Shown here piece after piece: positions 1-12,044 of a stretch of 64,000 bases of DNA. Position numbers and translations under genes: made by a program. The stretch comes from Selaginella moellendorffii. Its lineage: Eukaryota > Plantae > Lycopodiophyta. The notes below the pieces were generated by a model. The model saw nothing but the letters and a program-made list of their open reading frames with translations. It had not been told where the DNA came from and ran no database searches. Each line of letters begins with the position of its first letter. Positions within the stretch are counted from its first letter, which is position 1. The stretch lies in NCBI RefSeq assembly GCF_000143415.4, contig NW_003314338.1:839795-903794 (forward strand), read 5' to 3'.

Positions 1-1225
1 GGCGGCCACAGGTGCTTCCCAGCGATCTTCGGCTTTGGCGACGATTGGGGCGATGTCGGGAACCTCCAGGCGCTGTATCCGGCGGATCTTGAGAAGCTGG
101 AGGACGAGGCGCCCTACGGGATGTCCTACTTCAAGAAGCCCGCGCGGCGGCTCTCGGATGGGCGCTTGATGCTGGATTTCGTCGGTAATATCGCTCTCCT
201 TGCCCATTCTTGCTCGAATCTCATCTTCTTTTGGGCGATCCGCAGCTCAGGCGCTGGGAATGCCCCTTCTTTCGTCCTACGCTGTGGGGGTTGTTTCGAA
301 TTTGCAGCACGGCATCAGCTTTGCCGTTGCCGGGAGCACTGCGAGCTCGATTGGTTTGCAGCAGAACCCGTATCATCTCATGATTCAGATCCAGTGGCTC
401 CAGAAGCTCGAGTCGGACGTGAGAGATGCTCTTGGGAATCAATCTCTTGGTAACTTGGCTCTTCCTTTTTGTTTCTACTTGCTTTTTCACTCCCGATTTT
501 TTCCAGCTAAGACCACCGAGACTTTGCCTAACGAGCAGTCGTTCCAGGAGGGTCTCTACATGATTTCTACCGGGCAGAACGACTACAGATACGCATTCTT
601 CCGCGATAACAGAACGGTTCGTGAAGTGGAGCGCACTGTAATCCCCTACGTCGTGGAGAACATCACAGCCACTGTTTTGGTAAGTTTTCCTCTAGACTGG
701 CGTGTTTAACTTCACCAATTTTCCTCGTATAGTTCCTCTCGACGACTTTCAGAGCGGCCAACTTCATGGTCTTCAATCTTCCACCTCTGGGATGCTCGCC
801 CGAGTTCCTGACCAGCTTTGCCAGCACGGATCCCAATGACTACGACACCATGGGCTGCCTCATCGACTACAACCGGATCACAGTTCTTCACAACGAGCGT
901 CTCAGGGTCACCTTAGACGTGCTGCGAGCCAGCTTTCGGGACTCCGTCCGGAGGCTCATCTACGTCGACATGGCCGCCATGGTGACTGGCGTCGTATACG
1001 ATCCTGAATCCAGAGGTATGTCCTTCCAGTCTTGCTTATTTCTCTTCTCTAGTTACGAAGCGTTCCTGCTTTGCTTCCAGGCTTTCAGAACGGACTAGAA
1101 GCTTGTTGTGGGACTGGAAAGCCATACAACTACGATCCGCGATGTTCCTGTGTAACGCAGCGAGTGATCCGCGGCAGGAACTTGACCGCTCGTGCCTGTT
1201 CTAATCCGAGCACTACGTGAGCTGG
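1..1225 (+). CDS. GDSL/SGNH esterase-lipase-like protein, partial (5' end outside window, 3' end runs into N gap); 5 visible exons
   Basis: Spliced translation: FPAIFGFGDDWGDVGN..PYGMSYFKKPARRLSDGRLMLDF / GISFAVAGSTA / STGQNDY / VFNLPPLGCSP..GCLIDYN..HNERL / ACCGTGKPYNY..ACSNPSTYVSW; GT-AG introns at about 185-245, 450-506, 680-732, 1017-1080. Confidence 0.9.
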
Positions 1226-1447
1226 NNNNNNNNNNNNNNNNNNNNNNNNNNNNNNNNNNNNNNNNNNNNNNNNNNNNNNNNNNNNNNNNNNNNNNNNNNN
1301 NNNNNNNNNNNNNNNNNNNNNNNNNNNNNNNNNNNNNNNNNNNNNNNNNNNNNNNNNNNNNNNNNNNNNNNNNNNNNNNNNNNNNNNNNNNNNNNNNNNN
1401 NNNNNNNNNNNNNNNNNNNNNNNNNNNNNNNNNNNNNNNNNNNNNNN
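1226..1447. other. Assembly gap (N run)
   Basis: Run of N bases. Confidence 1.
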
Positions 1448-1449
1448 CG

Positions 1450-1655
1450 GCTTGCTTCTCTCGACTCTGTGCAGTCCTTTCTGTTGAGATATATGTTGCG
1501 GCTTTGCTTCTCTCTTCTCTGTGTAGTAGTCCCTTTGGGAGACATATAGAGGCCTTGCTTCTCGCTTTTCTGTGTAGTCCTTTCTCATTAATCCATTGCA
1601 AATTCCTTGCTTCTCGCTTTTGTGTGTAGTCCTTTCCTTGGAGACCTCTCTCTTA
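1450..1655. repeat. Imperfect tandem repeat, about 52-bp unit x4
   Basis: Recurring cttgcttctc..tgtgtagtcctttc units starting near 1451, 1503, 1554, 1606. Confidence 0.7.
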
Positions 1656-1847
1656 GAGGTGTAGTTCATAACCTTGTTGCACTCTCAATAATGATCAGAA
1701 GTTGCAGTGGCATTGTAGATGAATACTTCGTCCCTGTTCCTCTCCCAGTGGCAGTGGCAGCAGCAGAGGCAAGACCGAACAACCAGGACAAGATTAACCA
1801 ACACAAAAGGAATCCACCTGACTGCTGCCAGGGGTATCAAAAAATGG

Positions 1848-2275
1848 TAGCTTTTCTTATAATTATTTTCAGCTGTGCATCATTTACAAAACTTACACTC
1901 TACAAATCTCACTCGCAAGAGGTTATTTACCATAGTAGTTACATAGTTGGTTTGTCTCAACTCCTGCAAAATTGGAAGAAAGAAAAAAAGTTCCTATCAC
2001 CTTATTTGGGAAAACTTCTCTCACCACTCATATGAGGCATGAGACTGTCAGTGATGGAAGTAGCTAGAGAGAATCCAGCTTCCAGCTGGTGAGATGCAAA
2101 CTTGGCAACATGCTGAAGGGGAGGAAGAGAAAGGCTAGAAGTAGTGAGGAGGAGAAGGAAGAGGTTTGTTGAAAGCTCTGTGTGGATGAGAGCTGTTGCA
2201 TTATAAGCTAGATCCAACTGAGTCCTTGGGGGGTTGATGATGTCATTCTCCTAGCGATTGACTAGCATGAATGCT
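1848..2275 (-). repeat. Degenerate captured copy of the RIN2 3' end (CUE exons, last intron, 3' flank), copy a
   Basis: Colinear with native locus 19148-19668 (e.g. aagaggtt..gttacatagttggtttgtctcaactcctgcaaaat..acttctctcacc..gatggaagtagc). Confidence 0.85.
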
Positions 2276-3214
2276 CACATGCCTGTGAATATTGTTTTCT
2301 ATATGGTTTTTCTTGTAACTGGTTCGAATAAATGAAACTAGGTGAAAATGGTTTTTCAACAATGGTTATATGTATAGTTTGCACGTACATGTTCCAACAT
2401 GATTCTTTTAAAGCATAGTAGGAACTGAAGATAGCTATCAATATATGTAACATATGAAGCTTATTATGCAATTATCAATCAATTTAATTTTTACTGTAGC
2501 TAGCATATGATTTGATCTCTAGAATGTTTATAAAAGACTTTTTTAATAGGCCAATTTTTATAGCAACTCAAATATGCTTAAAAATTATGGGATACTTTAC
2601 CATTGCATTTATAATTTATAAACTTTGTTATAAATTATAACAAGTTTGCTTAGGAGAGACTCATGTTTTTGGGCAATGTGTGATGTGAGTACTAAAGTGA
2701 GAACGAAGGGATGAGAACTCAACACCCGAATAAGTAATAGACTGGGATGAAATAGAAGCATTCAAAAACTACCACTACATCTCTGCATTGGTATGACTTA
2801 ACATGGGAGATCACATTACTATTCTCTTTCTATTTTTTTTAAAGCTTATGATTACTGTTTTCCATTCTTTGTCACGATACAAACTTTTGTTTGTAGGTTG
2901 CAGAACAAAGTTATGAAAAAAGAGAAGCTGAAGGAACAAATTGCCAACTTGCAGTGGCACTACTTTTTTCCAATCGTTCGAAAAAAATTTGGAGAGTGCC
3001 AGTCAATGAGCACCTTAAAATTATCGCAAATGCTACTAAAAAAAATAGTAATGCAAGGAGAAAATATGTTTAAAACCACCCTTGATGTTCTTTAATACAA
3101 GACGAAGGCATGGCCCGCCTTTAAACAATACAAAGTAAACACATTTAGCAATTGTACAGCTGATTACCATCTCTAAAATACAATTGCTGCATTCCTCTTT
3201 CTTGCACTCCCTCC

Positions 3215-3420
3215 AGGTATGCTGCAAGGCAGAGAGAATGCGAGCCAGAAAGACTGGCCGCGCATCACCTAGCACCATTGTTTTTGCATCCAAAGAATGT
3301 GGAGGACGATGTTGCTGCGTATAGAGGAGTATAGAGAATCCGCGTGGAAATTCTGTTTTTAAGTCTGCGAGGAGCAAGACTCCTCTGAAGCTTGATGATT
3401 TGTTCTCTGCTATTTTTGTT
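3215..3420 (+). pseudogene. Short degenerate fragment of the local K/E-rich orphan ORF family
   Basis: agcaccattgtttttgcatccaa..gaatgtggaggacgatgttgctgc matches 3940-4010 and 10540-10610. Confidence 0.6.
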
Positions 3421-3569
3421 CTTCCTGTCTTGATCATACACGTTTCCTTCTTTCCAGTCGATGTGGAGCTTAAACAATTGAGCCTGAGCTCAGAAGATGT
3501 GGAACAGGACGAGTAGGAGCCGGGATTAGGCAACTTTTGCGTAGTGTGGACTTCTTCTCGGAATTGGTC

Positions 3570-3868
3570 AAGATCGTAGAATAAAAAAAAGGTGACCCGG
3601 TATGAGTTTCGCGTCAGCATCACACACATTCATGTGGCGTCTCTAATATAAATGACAACACACTACTTCAAAGGTTCATGGTGCTCTCCATCATTCTATA
3701 CTTTCTTCTGAGTTTAACTGCCATTTCAATCTCTCAGGTTTTAAGCCTTTCTTCTGTGTTCGTAGTGTTAGCCCATGGCTTTGAATTTCCAGGGACGACA
3801 TCACGGAGCACTCATTGTCTATTTGGGGAATGTCGATAAATCCCTTCATCCAGAAGCTGTTACTAACA
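3570..3868 (+). pseudogene. 5' stub (promoter, exon 1, part of exon 2) of subtilase; deletion derivative
   Basis: Near-identical to 7367-7663, then jumps directly to sequence matching 10411 onward. Confidence 0.85.
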
Positions 3869-3904
3869 CTCGTACATTTGGATAGTGAAGAGCCCTAAAA
3901 TTCA

Positions 3905-4342
3905 ATGCGGATGGAAGCTCCTGCCCGTTGCGCAGGGTCTAGCGCCATTGTTTTGGCATCCAAGAACAAATCCAGGAAGAAGAATGTGGAGGACGATGTC
4001 GCTGCATATACGACGGCTGCGTTGCCTCTGCTAGAGGAGTATGCTGCCGGATACAGCGTGGCTGTGCTAGAGAAGAAGAAAGATTTGTCATCCAATCTGG
4101 GAGCAAAGGAAACTTTGCAGCGTGAGAAATCTTCTTCCAAGAAATCCTCGCTGGAAGAGTTTCTCAAAGGGAAAGTTCGACCATTGGACGAGGACGAAGA
4201 GAAAGAAGAGAAGGAAGACGAGAGAGTGGAAGTTTGGGAAGGCGACTTGAGCCCAATGACCGCCGAGGAGGAGCGCAGGCTATTGGCTCAGCTGAGAAGG
4301 AGCCACCGCTGCAGCTGCCTTGCTCTCAGATGGTGGTGCTAG
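3905..4342 (+). other. K/E-rich orphan ORF, internally deleted copy of 10444-11330
   Basis: ORF track 145 aa; near-identical blocks with 10444-10900 and 11235-11330. Confidence 0.5.
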
Positions 4343-4644
4343 CGGACGGCACCGCACCAGGATCTACTTGTGGTAGTATTCGAACTCCAGCTCCACTTCC
4401 AAGAAGGCGCAAAAGCTTTACTAAAACAAATTTGACTTACTCTACTTAAGAACCCTAACACTTTTTAAAAATGTTATCTTTAAGAATCTATTTTAATGTT
4501 CCATCTGTGTCATGCTTAAATGCAAGTAATCACTACTGTTGAACACTCCACATTTCCAAGGCCACTCATAGCCAGTCTCAAACATTCATTGCACACATCC
4601 AATGGATTCCACCCAGCAGAGCTACTTCTCAATAATACCCCGTC

Positions 4645-5045
4645 TTGTTTTTCATTCTATCAAAGAACTATAGCTTTTCTCATAATTATTTTCACTTGTG
4701 CATCATTTACAAAACTTACACTCTACAAATATCACTCAAAAGAGGTTGTTTATTAGCAAATTATACAATTGGTTTGTCTCAACTCTTGCAAAATTGGAAG
4801 AAAGAAAAAAGTCTTATCACCATATTTGGAAGAAGTTCTCTCACCACACCATGCTTCTCATATGAGGCATGAGACTCTCAGCGATGGAAGTAACTGGAGA
4901 GGATCGATAGAGAAAGGGCAGAAGAAGCAAGGAGAAGGAAGAAGTTTGTTGAAGGCTAAGAGCTACCACATTATAAGCTAGATCCAATTAAGTCCTTAGG
5001 GGTTTGATGCCCTTCTCCTAGCAATTGATAGGCATGAGTGCTCAC
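4645..5045 (-). repeat. Captured RIN2 3'-end fragment, copy b (fused to Helitron helicase remnant)
   Basis: Similarity to 19148-19668. Confidence 0.85.
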
Positions 5046-5049
5046 ATCA

Positions 5050-6828
5050 TCTAACAAACTATGGTATAAATTCAAGGCATGTGTAAAGACCAAATTCACA
5101 ATAACTATGAAAGAGAAATATAATATGGATTGCATGAAATGTTGATAGTACTTCAAGAACATGGCAAGAAACTTTCTAATTACAAGTTACCAGTCTAAAT
5201 TCATTAGAGACAACAAAACATTAACTAGAACAAGTTGCAAGCTATACACGCTTGATGAAGATGAATTACTGAAACCAAAATGGATATAAAACAACTTCAC
5301 ATATTTAACAATGTCTTGAATGCAATATAAAAAAAAAAGAAATAAACAAGTTATTCTTTGTTGATGGAGTCAGAGGCACAAAGAAACTATACCCTTTTAA
5401 CACACTAATAAAATATGTCATAGCTTGGCCACGTGGACAGAAATAGTGAGTACTCCTTTTATAGTAGGCTAAATAACTCATTCAGCATTTACACTACTGG
5501 TACCAATTACAGAAACATGCACCTTGAACCTGCAAGAACATTCAACTCTTGCCAAGGTCATAAGGAGGCTTATATGGGACAAGATAAGCATAATACCTAT
5601 TCAAGCTTTTAAAGTTGTCGAAAGGGTCATGGATGACATAAGAAATTGTGAAATAGATTTTGGGGGCATTACATTAGTAATAGAGGGAGATTTTAGATAG
5701 ATGTTACTTGTTCTAAAAGAGGCTTGTTGCACATAAATTGTCGAAAACAATATCAAATCCTCACTAATATGGTAGAAACTTTTAAAGTTCTCATTACACA
5801 CAAACATAAGGGATGAACTCTAAAGAAAAATACTGGTTTAGATGGCTTGTGAGGTTTAAAGATGGTAACTTACCTGGCTTATAAAGATTAAACCAAGAAG
5901 TTATAAAATTACCTCTAACAGATAATATGTTTGAAAAACATGTACATTAACCTATTGCAAAAAGTTATTTTCACGACTTTAAATAATCTCTCTGTAAAAG
6001 TGAATGATTAAGTCCGTTGGAGAATAACTGGCAAAAGAATAATATATAGAAGTAGACATCATAGAAATGTATTTGAGAGCATCTTATTGAGTTCTTAAAC
6101 TTAGTAACACCATTTGGAATGCCTCCATAGGAGAAAAGAAAAAGTATCATAATGTTGTTATACAATATTGACACCAAAAAAAGCCTTTGTGAACTAATTA
6201 TAACTAAAGTACTACCAAATATTATAGAAGTTAAAATTCTAATAGTATGCAAGGGAAAAAAAGTCCTTCTACCAAGAATCTCCTTAAACCCAACTAACAT
6301 AGACATACCTTCATCCTTAAACAACAATAATTCTCTATAAGGTTTGTATTCTCTATAAAAAATTTCAAATCAAACACTACAAAATGTAGGTGTATAGTTA
6401 CCAAGATTTTCAGCCACACTTGCACTTTCTAAAGAAACATCAAAGAAATAAATGATAATATCCATCAAAAAATGTGCAAGGTGTGCTTCAAAACCATAAT
6501 GTTTACATGAAAAATATTGTATACAAGGAAATTCTCTAGGATTCATGTCACTAGTGTAACAAATTTTCTATTTATTAGTAAATATGGATTTATTATTCTA
6601 GAATATTAGATATATTCATATCCTAAAATGATATCTAAGAATATTTTAAATATATCCACTAATTTAGATATAAAATTCTAAAGCGAACCAATTGTTGATG
6701 CATGCAGCAAATTATTTATATTGGCATATTATTTTGAGTTTTTAAGGCTTTATGAGTATCTTTAGTAGTAGCATTATCATCTTTTAAGTGCTTGCATTAA
6801 TCCTTGTAGCAAGGGACCTTGAAATTAG
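5050..6828 (+). mobile_element. Degenerate Helitron (PIF1-type helicase C-terminal remnant plus 3' hairpin end), copy 1
   Basis: Remnant peptides LWYKFK, FGGITLVIEGDFR*MLLV, IITKVLPNIIEVKIL..GKKVLLPRISLNPTNIDIP, MKNIVYKEIL*; hairpin ccttg-tag-caagg at 6802-6814 followed by TTAG|T at 6825-6829. Confidence 0.85.
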
Positions 6829-7471
6829 TCAAGCTTCCTGTTCCTTTCGACAAATCCTCATTAACAAATGAGCTTAAGAGGACAGGTTCAGGGTACTTAC
6901 CAGTCCAAGACAGCTGTAAATATCTAATCTTTCTTTGTTCACATGGCAAAAAATTATTTTCTCGAAAGTCTTATTTGAGATGAAGTCAGTCTGCACAAGT
7001 TGACAAATTATATTAGTTCAGTTTACAAAGTAATTAGACATAATTATTATGATTATTGTATTACCTGTCCTATCTAGATCAGTAAATTATAGATGAAATC
7101 TCTTCTTTCATAAGACACACCAATTACTGAGAAAGAACAGATCAAGAGTTCATCCTTAGCTCTTGCAACTCCATTTAACTATGGTGAGCAATGGAAAGTA
7201 TCCTATCACAAGCTTGAAACCACTCTTTAAACCTTTTGCATGATCTTAATAATATTTCATGAAAAGATCTGTAGCACAGGAGTCAATCATTTTTGTCCAC
7301 TTTGACGACCTTTGGATAAATGCAATGTTCTTGACAATTTCCTCTGAATTAATCGTATTTCATCTCATCGTAGAATAAGAAAAGGTGACCCAGTATGAGC
7401 TTTGCGTCAGCATTACACACATTCATTCGGCATCTCTAATATAAATGACAACACACTACTTTAAAGGTTTC

Positions 7472-10293
7472 ATGGCGCACTCCATCATTGTATACTTTCT
7501 TCTGAGTTTAACTGCCATTTCAATCTCTCAGGTTTTAAGCCTTTCTTCTGTGTTCGTAGTGTTAGCCCATGGCTTTGAATTTCCAGGGACGAGATCACGG
7601 AGACACTCACATTGTCTATTTGGGGAATGTCGATAAATCCCTCCATCCAGAAGCTGTTACTAGCTCTCATCACGCACTCCTTCGGGATATTCTAGGAAGG
7701 TAAAACTTTGATCATAAAAGAAAACTTCATCCAAATTCGTTTATACCAGTGACGAGGCTGCTAGAGAATCACTGGGTTTTAGCTACAGGCATGGATTCAG
7801 TGGCTTCTCAGCTCGACTAACAGAAGAACAAGCTGCTAAAATTTCCAGTAAACATAAATTTATTCCAAAGTCTATCCTTCTTTCTTCTTTTTTTCTTCCC
7901 AAAATTGCAGGCCTTCCAAATGTGTTGTCCATCTTTCCCAATAAAATCCGCAAGATCCACACCACAAACTCATGGGAGTTTCTCGGCCTCTATGGAAGTG
8001 GAGAGAACTCCTTGTTTGGTGCTAGCGAATCTACTGAATCATCTTGGCTATGGCACAACACAAAATATGGCAAAGACGTTATTATCGGTGTCTTTGATTC
8101 AGGTAAATCCCTCTTCCTTCTTTTCTTATTTGTAATAATATTGGTTTTTTCAGGAGTGTGGCCCGAGTCCAAGAGTTTTTTGGATCACGGCATGAAATCA
8201 ATCCCCAAAAGATGGAAAGGAACATGCGAAACTGGAGAGAAATTTAACGCTTCTCACTGCAACAAGTAAAATATAAGAAATCACAAATTCTAGCTACATG
8301 CTAACTCGTTAATTTTTTATCTTTCAGGAAACTTATCGGTGCCAGATTCTTTTCTCACGGCCTACAGGATGGTCCCGAGGCTTATGCAAAAGCACACCGA
8401 GAAATTCTTTCTCCAAGAGATGTTAATGGCCATGGAACTCACACGGCTTCCACTGCCGGAGGCCGATTCGTGAGAAACGCAAACTGGCTTGGCTACGCAA
8501 AAGGCACTGCAAAAGGTGGCGCTCCAGACGCACATCTCGCAATCTACAAGATATGCTGGAGAAACATCACGGATGACAGGGTCGGCTGCCCAGACGCTCA
8601 CGTTCTCAGTGCATTTGATATGGGAATCCACGATGGTGTGGATATCATTTCTGCGTCTTTCGGGGGTCCAGTGGGTGATTACTTCCTTGATTCTACGTTC
8701 ATTGGAGCGTTCCATGCCATGCAGAAAGGCATTGTGGTGGTGGCTTCCGCTGGAAACAGTCAACAAACTCTGGGACCTGGCTCAGTGGAAAATGGAGCAC
8801 CCTGGATCATTACTGTTGGAGCGAGCACTCTTGATCGAGCCTACTTTGGAGACCTTTTCCTTGGCAACAATGAATCATTTCGGGTATTAGTGTGAATTTT
8901 AATTCTAATTTGAAATGGTTTCCAGGGTTTTAGTTTCACGGAGAAAAGATTAAGAAAGAGGTGGTATCATCTTGCTGCGGGTGCCAATGTTGGTTTGCCA
9001 ACCTCCAGCTTTTCAGCCAGGTAAAACAATCATCCTTAATGCTACGAATTAAGATGATATTATTAGGCAATTGTGCTTGAGTGGGTCTTTGGATCCCAAG
9101 AAAGTCCAAGGAAAGATTGTGGCATGTTTGAGAGGGCGGATGCATCCAGCGTTCCAATCTTTAGAAGTTTTTAGTGCTGGTGGAGCTGGGATTATCTTTT
9201 GCAACTCGACTCAAGTTGATCAAGATACTGGAAATGAGTTTCTTCCTTCAGTTTATGTTGATGAAAAAGCTGGAGAAGCCATCTTTTCATATATAAATTC
9301 TACAAGGTAAAAATGTTTATGTTTTGTATTTTATTTAGCCTTTTGTGCGTGCTAGGTTTCCTGTAGCGCAGATACAACATCAGATTTCATTGACAAATCA
9401 AAAGCCTGCTCCTCTCATGGCAGCATTTTCATCCTCTGGTCCCAACCTGGTTGATGCAGACATACTCAAGGTATATTTTTATTGTTATTTTGTTAGTTGT
9501 TTTGAGACTTTTGTTCTTTCAGCCTGATATTACAGCTCCAGGAGTACACATTTTAGCAGCGTACACACAATTCAATAACTCTAAAGTACCATATAAACTT
9601 GTTTCTGGAACCTCTATGTCTTGCCCTCATGTAAGTGGGATTGTTGCGCTACTAAAGTCCTATCGTCCAACCTGGAGTCCAGCTGCAATCAAATCAGCCA
9701 TAGTAACAACAGGTAATTTACAACTTGAAAAAAAGTTATATACATATTATTCCTAAACAGGTTACTGGTTTGATAATCTTAGTGAATCAATCAAGAATTC
9801 ATCACTAGCTCCCGCATCACCCTTTGATTTTGGTGGAGGGCATGTAAATCCAAATGCCGCTGCACATCCTGGCCTAGTATATGATGCCGATGAGCAAGAC
9901 TACATTGGATATCTCTGCAGTCTGGGATACAACCAGACTGAACTTCAGATCCTCACGCAAACTTCCGCTAAGTGTCCTGACAATCCCACAGACCTCAACT
10001 ATCCATCCATTGCCATCTCCAATTTGAGCCGCAGCAAAGTCGTGCACAGGCGAGTGACGAACGTGGACGATGATGCGACAAACTATACGGCATCTATTGA
10101 GGCACCGGAGAGTGTGTCGGTGTCGGTTCATCCATCGGTGCTGCGGTTCGAGCACAAGGGCGAGACGAAAGCATTCCAGGTGATATTTAGAGTGGAGGAC
10201 GACTCAAACATTAATAATGATGTTTTCGGGAAGCTGATATGGAGCAACGGAAAGTATATGGTCACTAGTCCCATTGCAGTCAGTTTTGGATGA
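7472..10293 (+). CDS. Subtilisin-like serine protease (S8A subtilase: signal peptide, I9 prodomain, PA and C-terminal Fn3-like domains), multi-exon, apparently intact
   Basis: [29 protein letters not shown], catalytic motifs [35 protein letters not shown]; DLNYPSIA; GT-AG introns. Confidence 0.95.
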
Positions 10294-10443
10294 AGTAAAA
10301 TTTCATGTGCATGCTCAAAGTAAAAAGGTTGATATATTTGTGTTTTGAATTGAAAAAGGCCACAATTATTCAGACAAAGATTCTAAAAGTTTTTTTTAAA
10401 GAAAATATTAGTACATTCGGATAGTGAAGAGCCCTAAAATTCA

Positions 10444-11230
10444 ATGCTGCGGATGGAAGCTCCTGCCCGTTGCAATCCCAACTGCGTGCAGGGCAGAGAT
10501 TACAGGAGAATGTGGGCCAGAGAGATTGGCCGCGCAGGGTCTAGCGCTATTGTTTTGGCATCCAAGAACAAATCCAGGAAGAAGAATGTGGAGGACGATT
10601 TCGCTGCATACACGACGGCTGCGTTGCCTCTGCTAGAGGAGTATACTGCCGGATACAGCATGGCTGTGCTAGAGAAGAAGAAGAAAGATTTGTCATCCAA
10701 TCTGGGAGCAAAGGAAACTTTGCAGCATGAGAAATCTTCTTCCAAAAAATCCTCGCTGGAAGAGTTTCTCAAAGGGAAAGTTCGACCATTGGACGAGGCG
10801 AAGAGAAAGAGGAGAAGGAAGACGAGAGAGTGGAAGTTTGGGAAGGCGACTTGAGCCCAATGACCGCCGAGGAGGAGCACAAGCTACTGGCTGAAGCTGA
10901 GAAGGAGCTCTCGGAGCTCAAGAAGATGCATGGAGAGCGTTCCATTTTTGAGAATCGCTCGAAGCTTGGGATCGAAGAGGACGATGACGATCGCGTGGAA
11001 GTTTGGAAGGGAGATAAAATGGAAGCCTGGAATGAAGAGGAGAACCCTTCCACAGATGTTTCTACGAGTGACAAGGAAGATCGAGCAGGAAACAAGAAAG
11101 GGACAACAGGAGGCAAGACCGGACAACCAGGAGCAGCAGGACATGAATAACCAACACGAGCCCCACGAAAGGAATCGCTGCCACTCCTGCAACTCCTGCC
11201 ATGAGGAGGAGGAGGAAGAGCAGGGCTGAT
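10444..11230 (+). other. K/E-rich orphan ORF split by a 1-nt deletion near 10799
   Basis: ORFs 10444-10854 and 10830-11150 join in frame when the base present in the 3905 copy (gaggacg vs gaggcg) is restored; internal repeat ERVEVWEGD/DRVEVWKGD. Confidence 0.5.
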
Positions 11231-11631
11231 TGAGCCGCTGCTGCAGCTGCTAAAGGAGCCTTGCTCTCAGATGGTCGACGAGACACTGAGGTGGCACCGC
11301 ACCAGGATCTACTCGTCGTAGCATTCGTGGTGACACTGGCAGCATTTTTGTAACCAGCTCTTATTGACCTCCGAGGATGGACCGCAAAAGCTTTACTAAA
11401 ACAAATTTGACTTGCTCTAATTTACTTGGACGACTTAAGATTCCTTAAAAATCTATTTTAATATTCCATCTGTGTTATGCTTAAATGCAAGTAATCACTA
11501 GCAGTCACAGCTGTCAAAACACTCCACAATTCCAAGGCCACTTATAGCCAGTGCTTCACTGCACACATCCAATAAATTCCACCCAGCAGTGCTAGGAAAG
11601 TGTTTGGGAGCTACTTCTCAATAGTACTTAG

Positions 11632-12035
11632 TCTTGTTTTTCATTCTACCAAAGAACTATAGCTTTTCTCATAATTATTTTCACTTTTGCATCATTTACA
11701 AAACTTACACTTTACAAATGTCACTCAAAAGAGGTTGTTTATAATAGCAATTACACAGTTAGTTTGTCTCAACTCTTGCAATATTGGAAGACAGAAAAAA
11801 GTCCTATCACCATAGTTGGGAGAAATTCTCTCACCACACCATGAGGCATGAGATTGTTAGTGATGGAAGTAGCTAGAGAGGGTCCATAGAAAAAGGCCAG
11901 AAGAAGCAAAGAGAAGGTTGAGGTTTGTTGAAAGTTTTGTGTGGATAAGAGCTATCACAATATAAGGTAGATCCAATTAAGTCCTTTAGGGTTTGATGCC
12001 CTTCTCCTAACAATTGACAGGCATGAGTGCTCACA
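11632..12035 (-). repeat. Captured RIN2 3'-end fragment, copy c
   Basis: Similarity to 19148-19668 and to copy b. Confidence 0.85.
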
Positions 12036-12044
12036 TCATCTAAC

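Noticed and set aside
1095-1669. Several ORFs spanning the N run
   Set aside because: Open only because N codons hide stops
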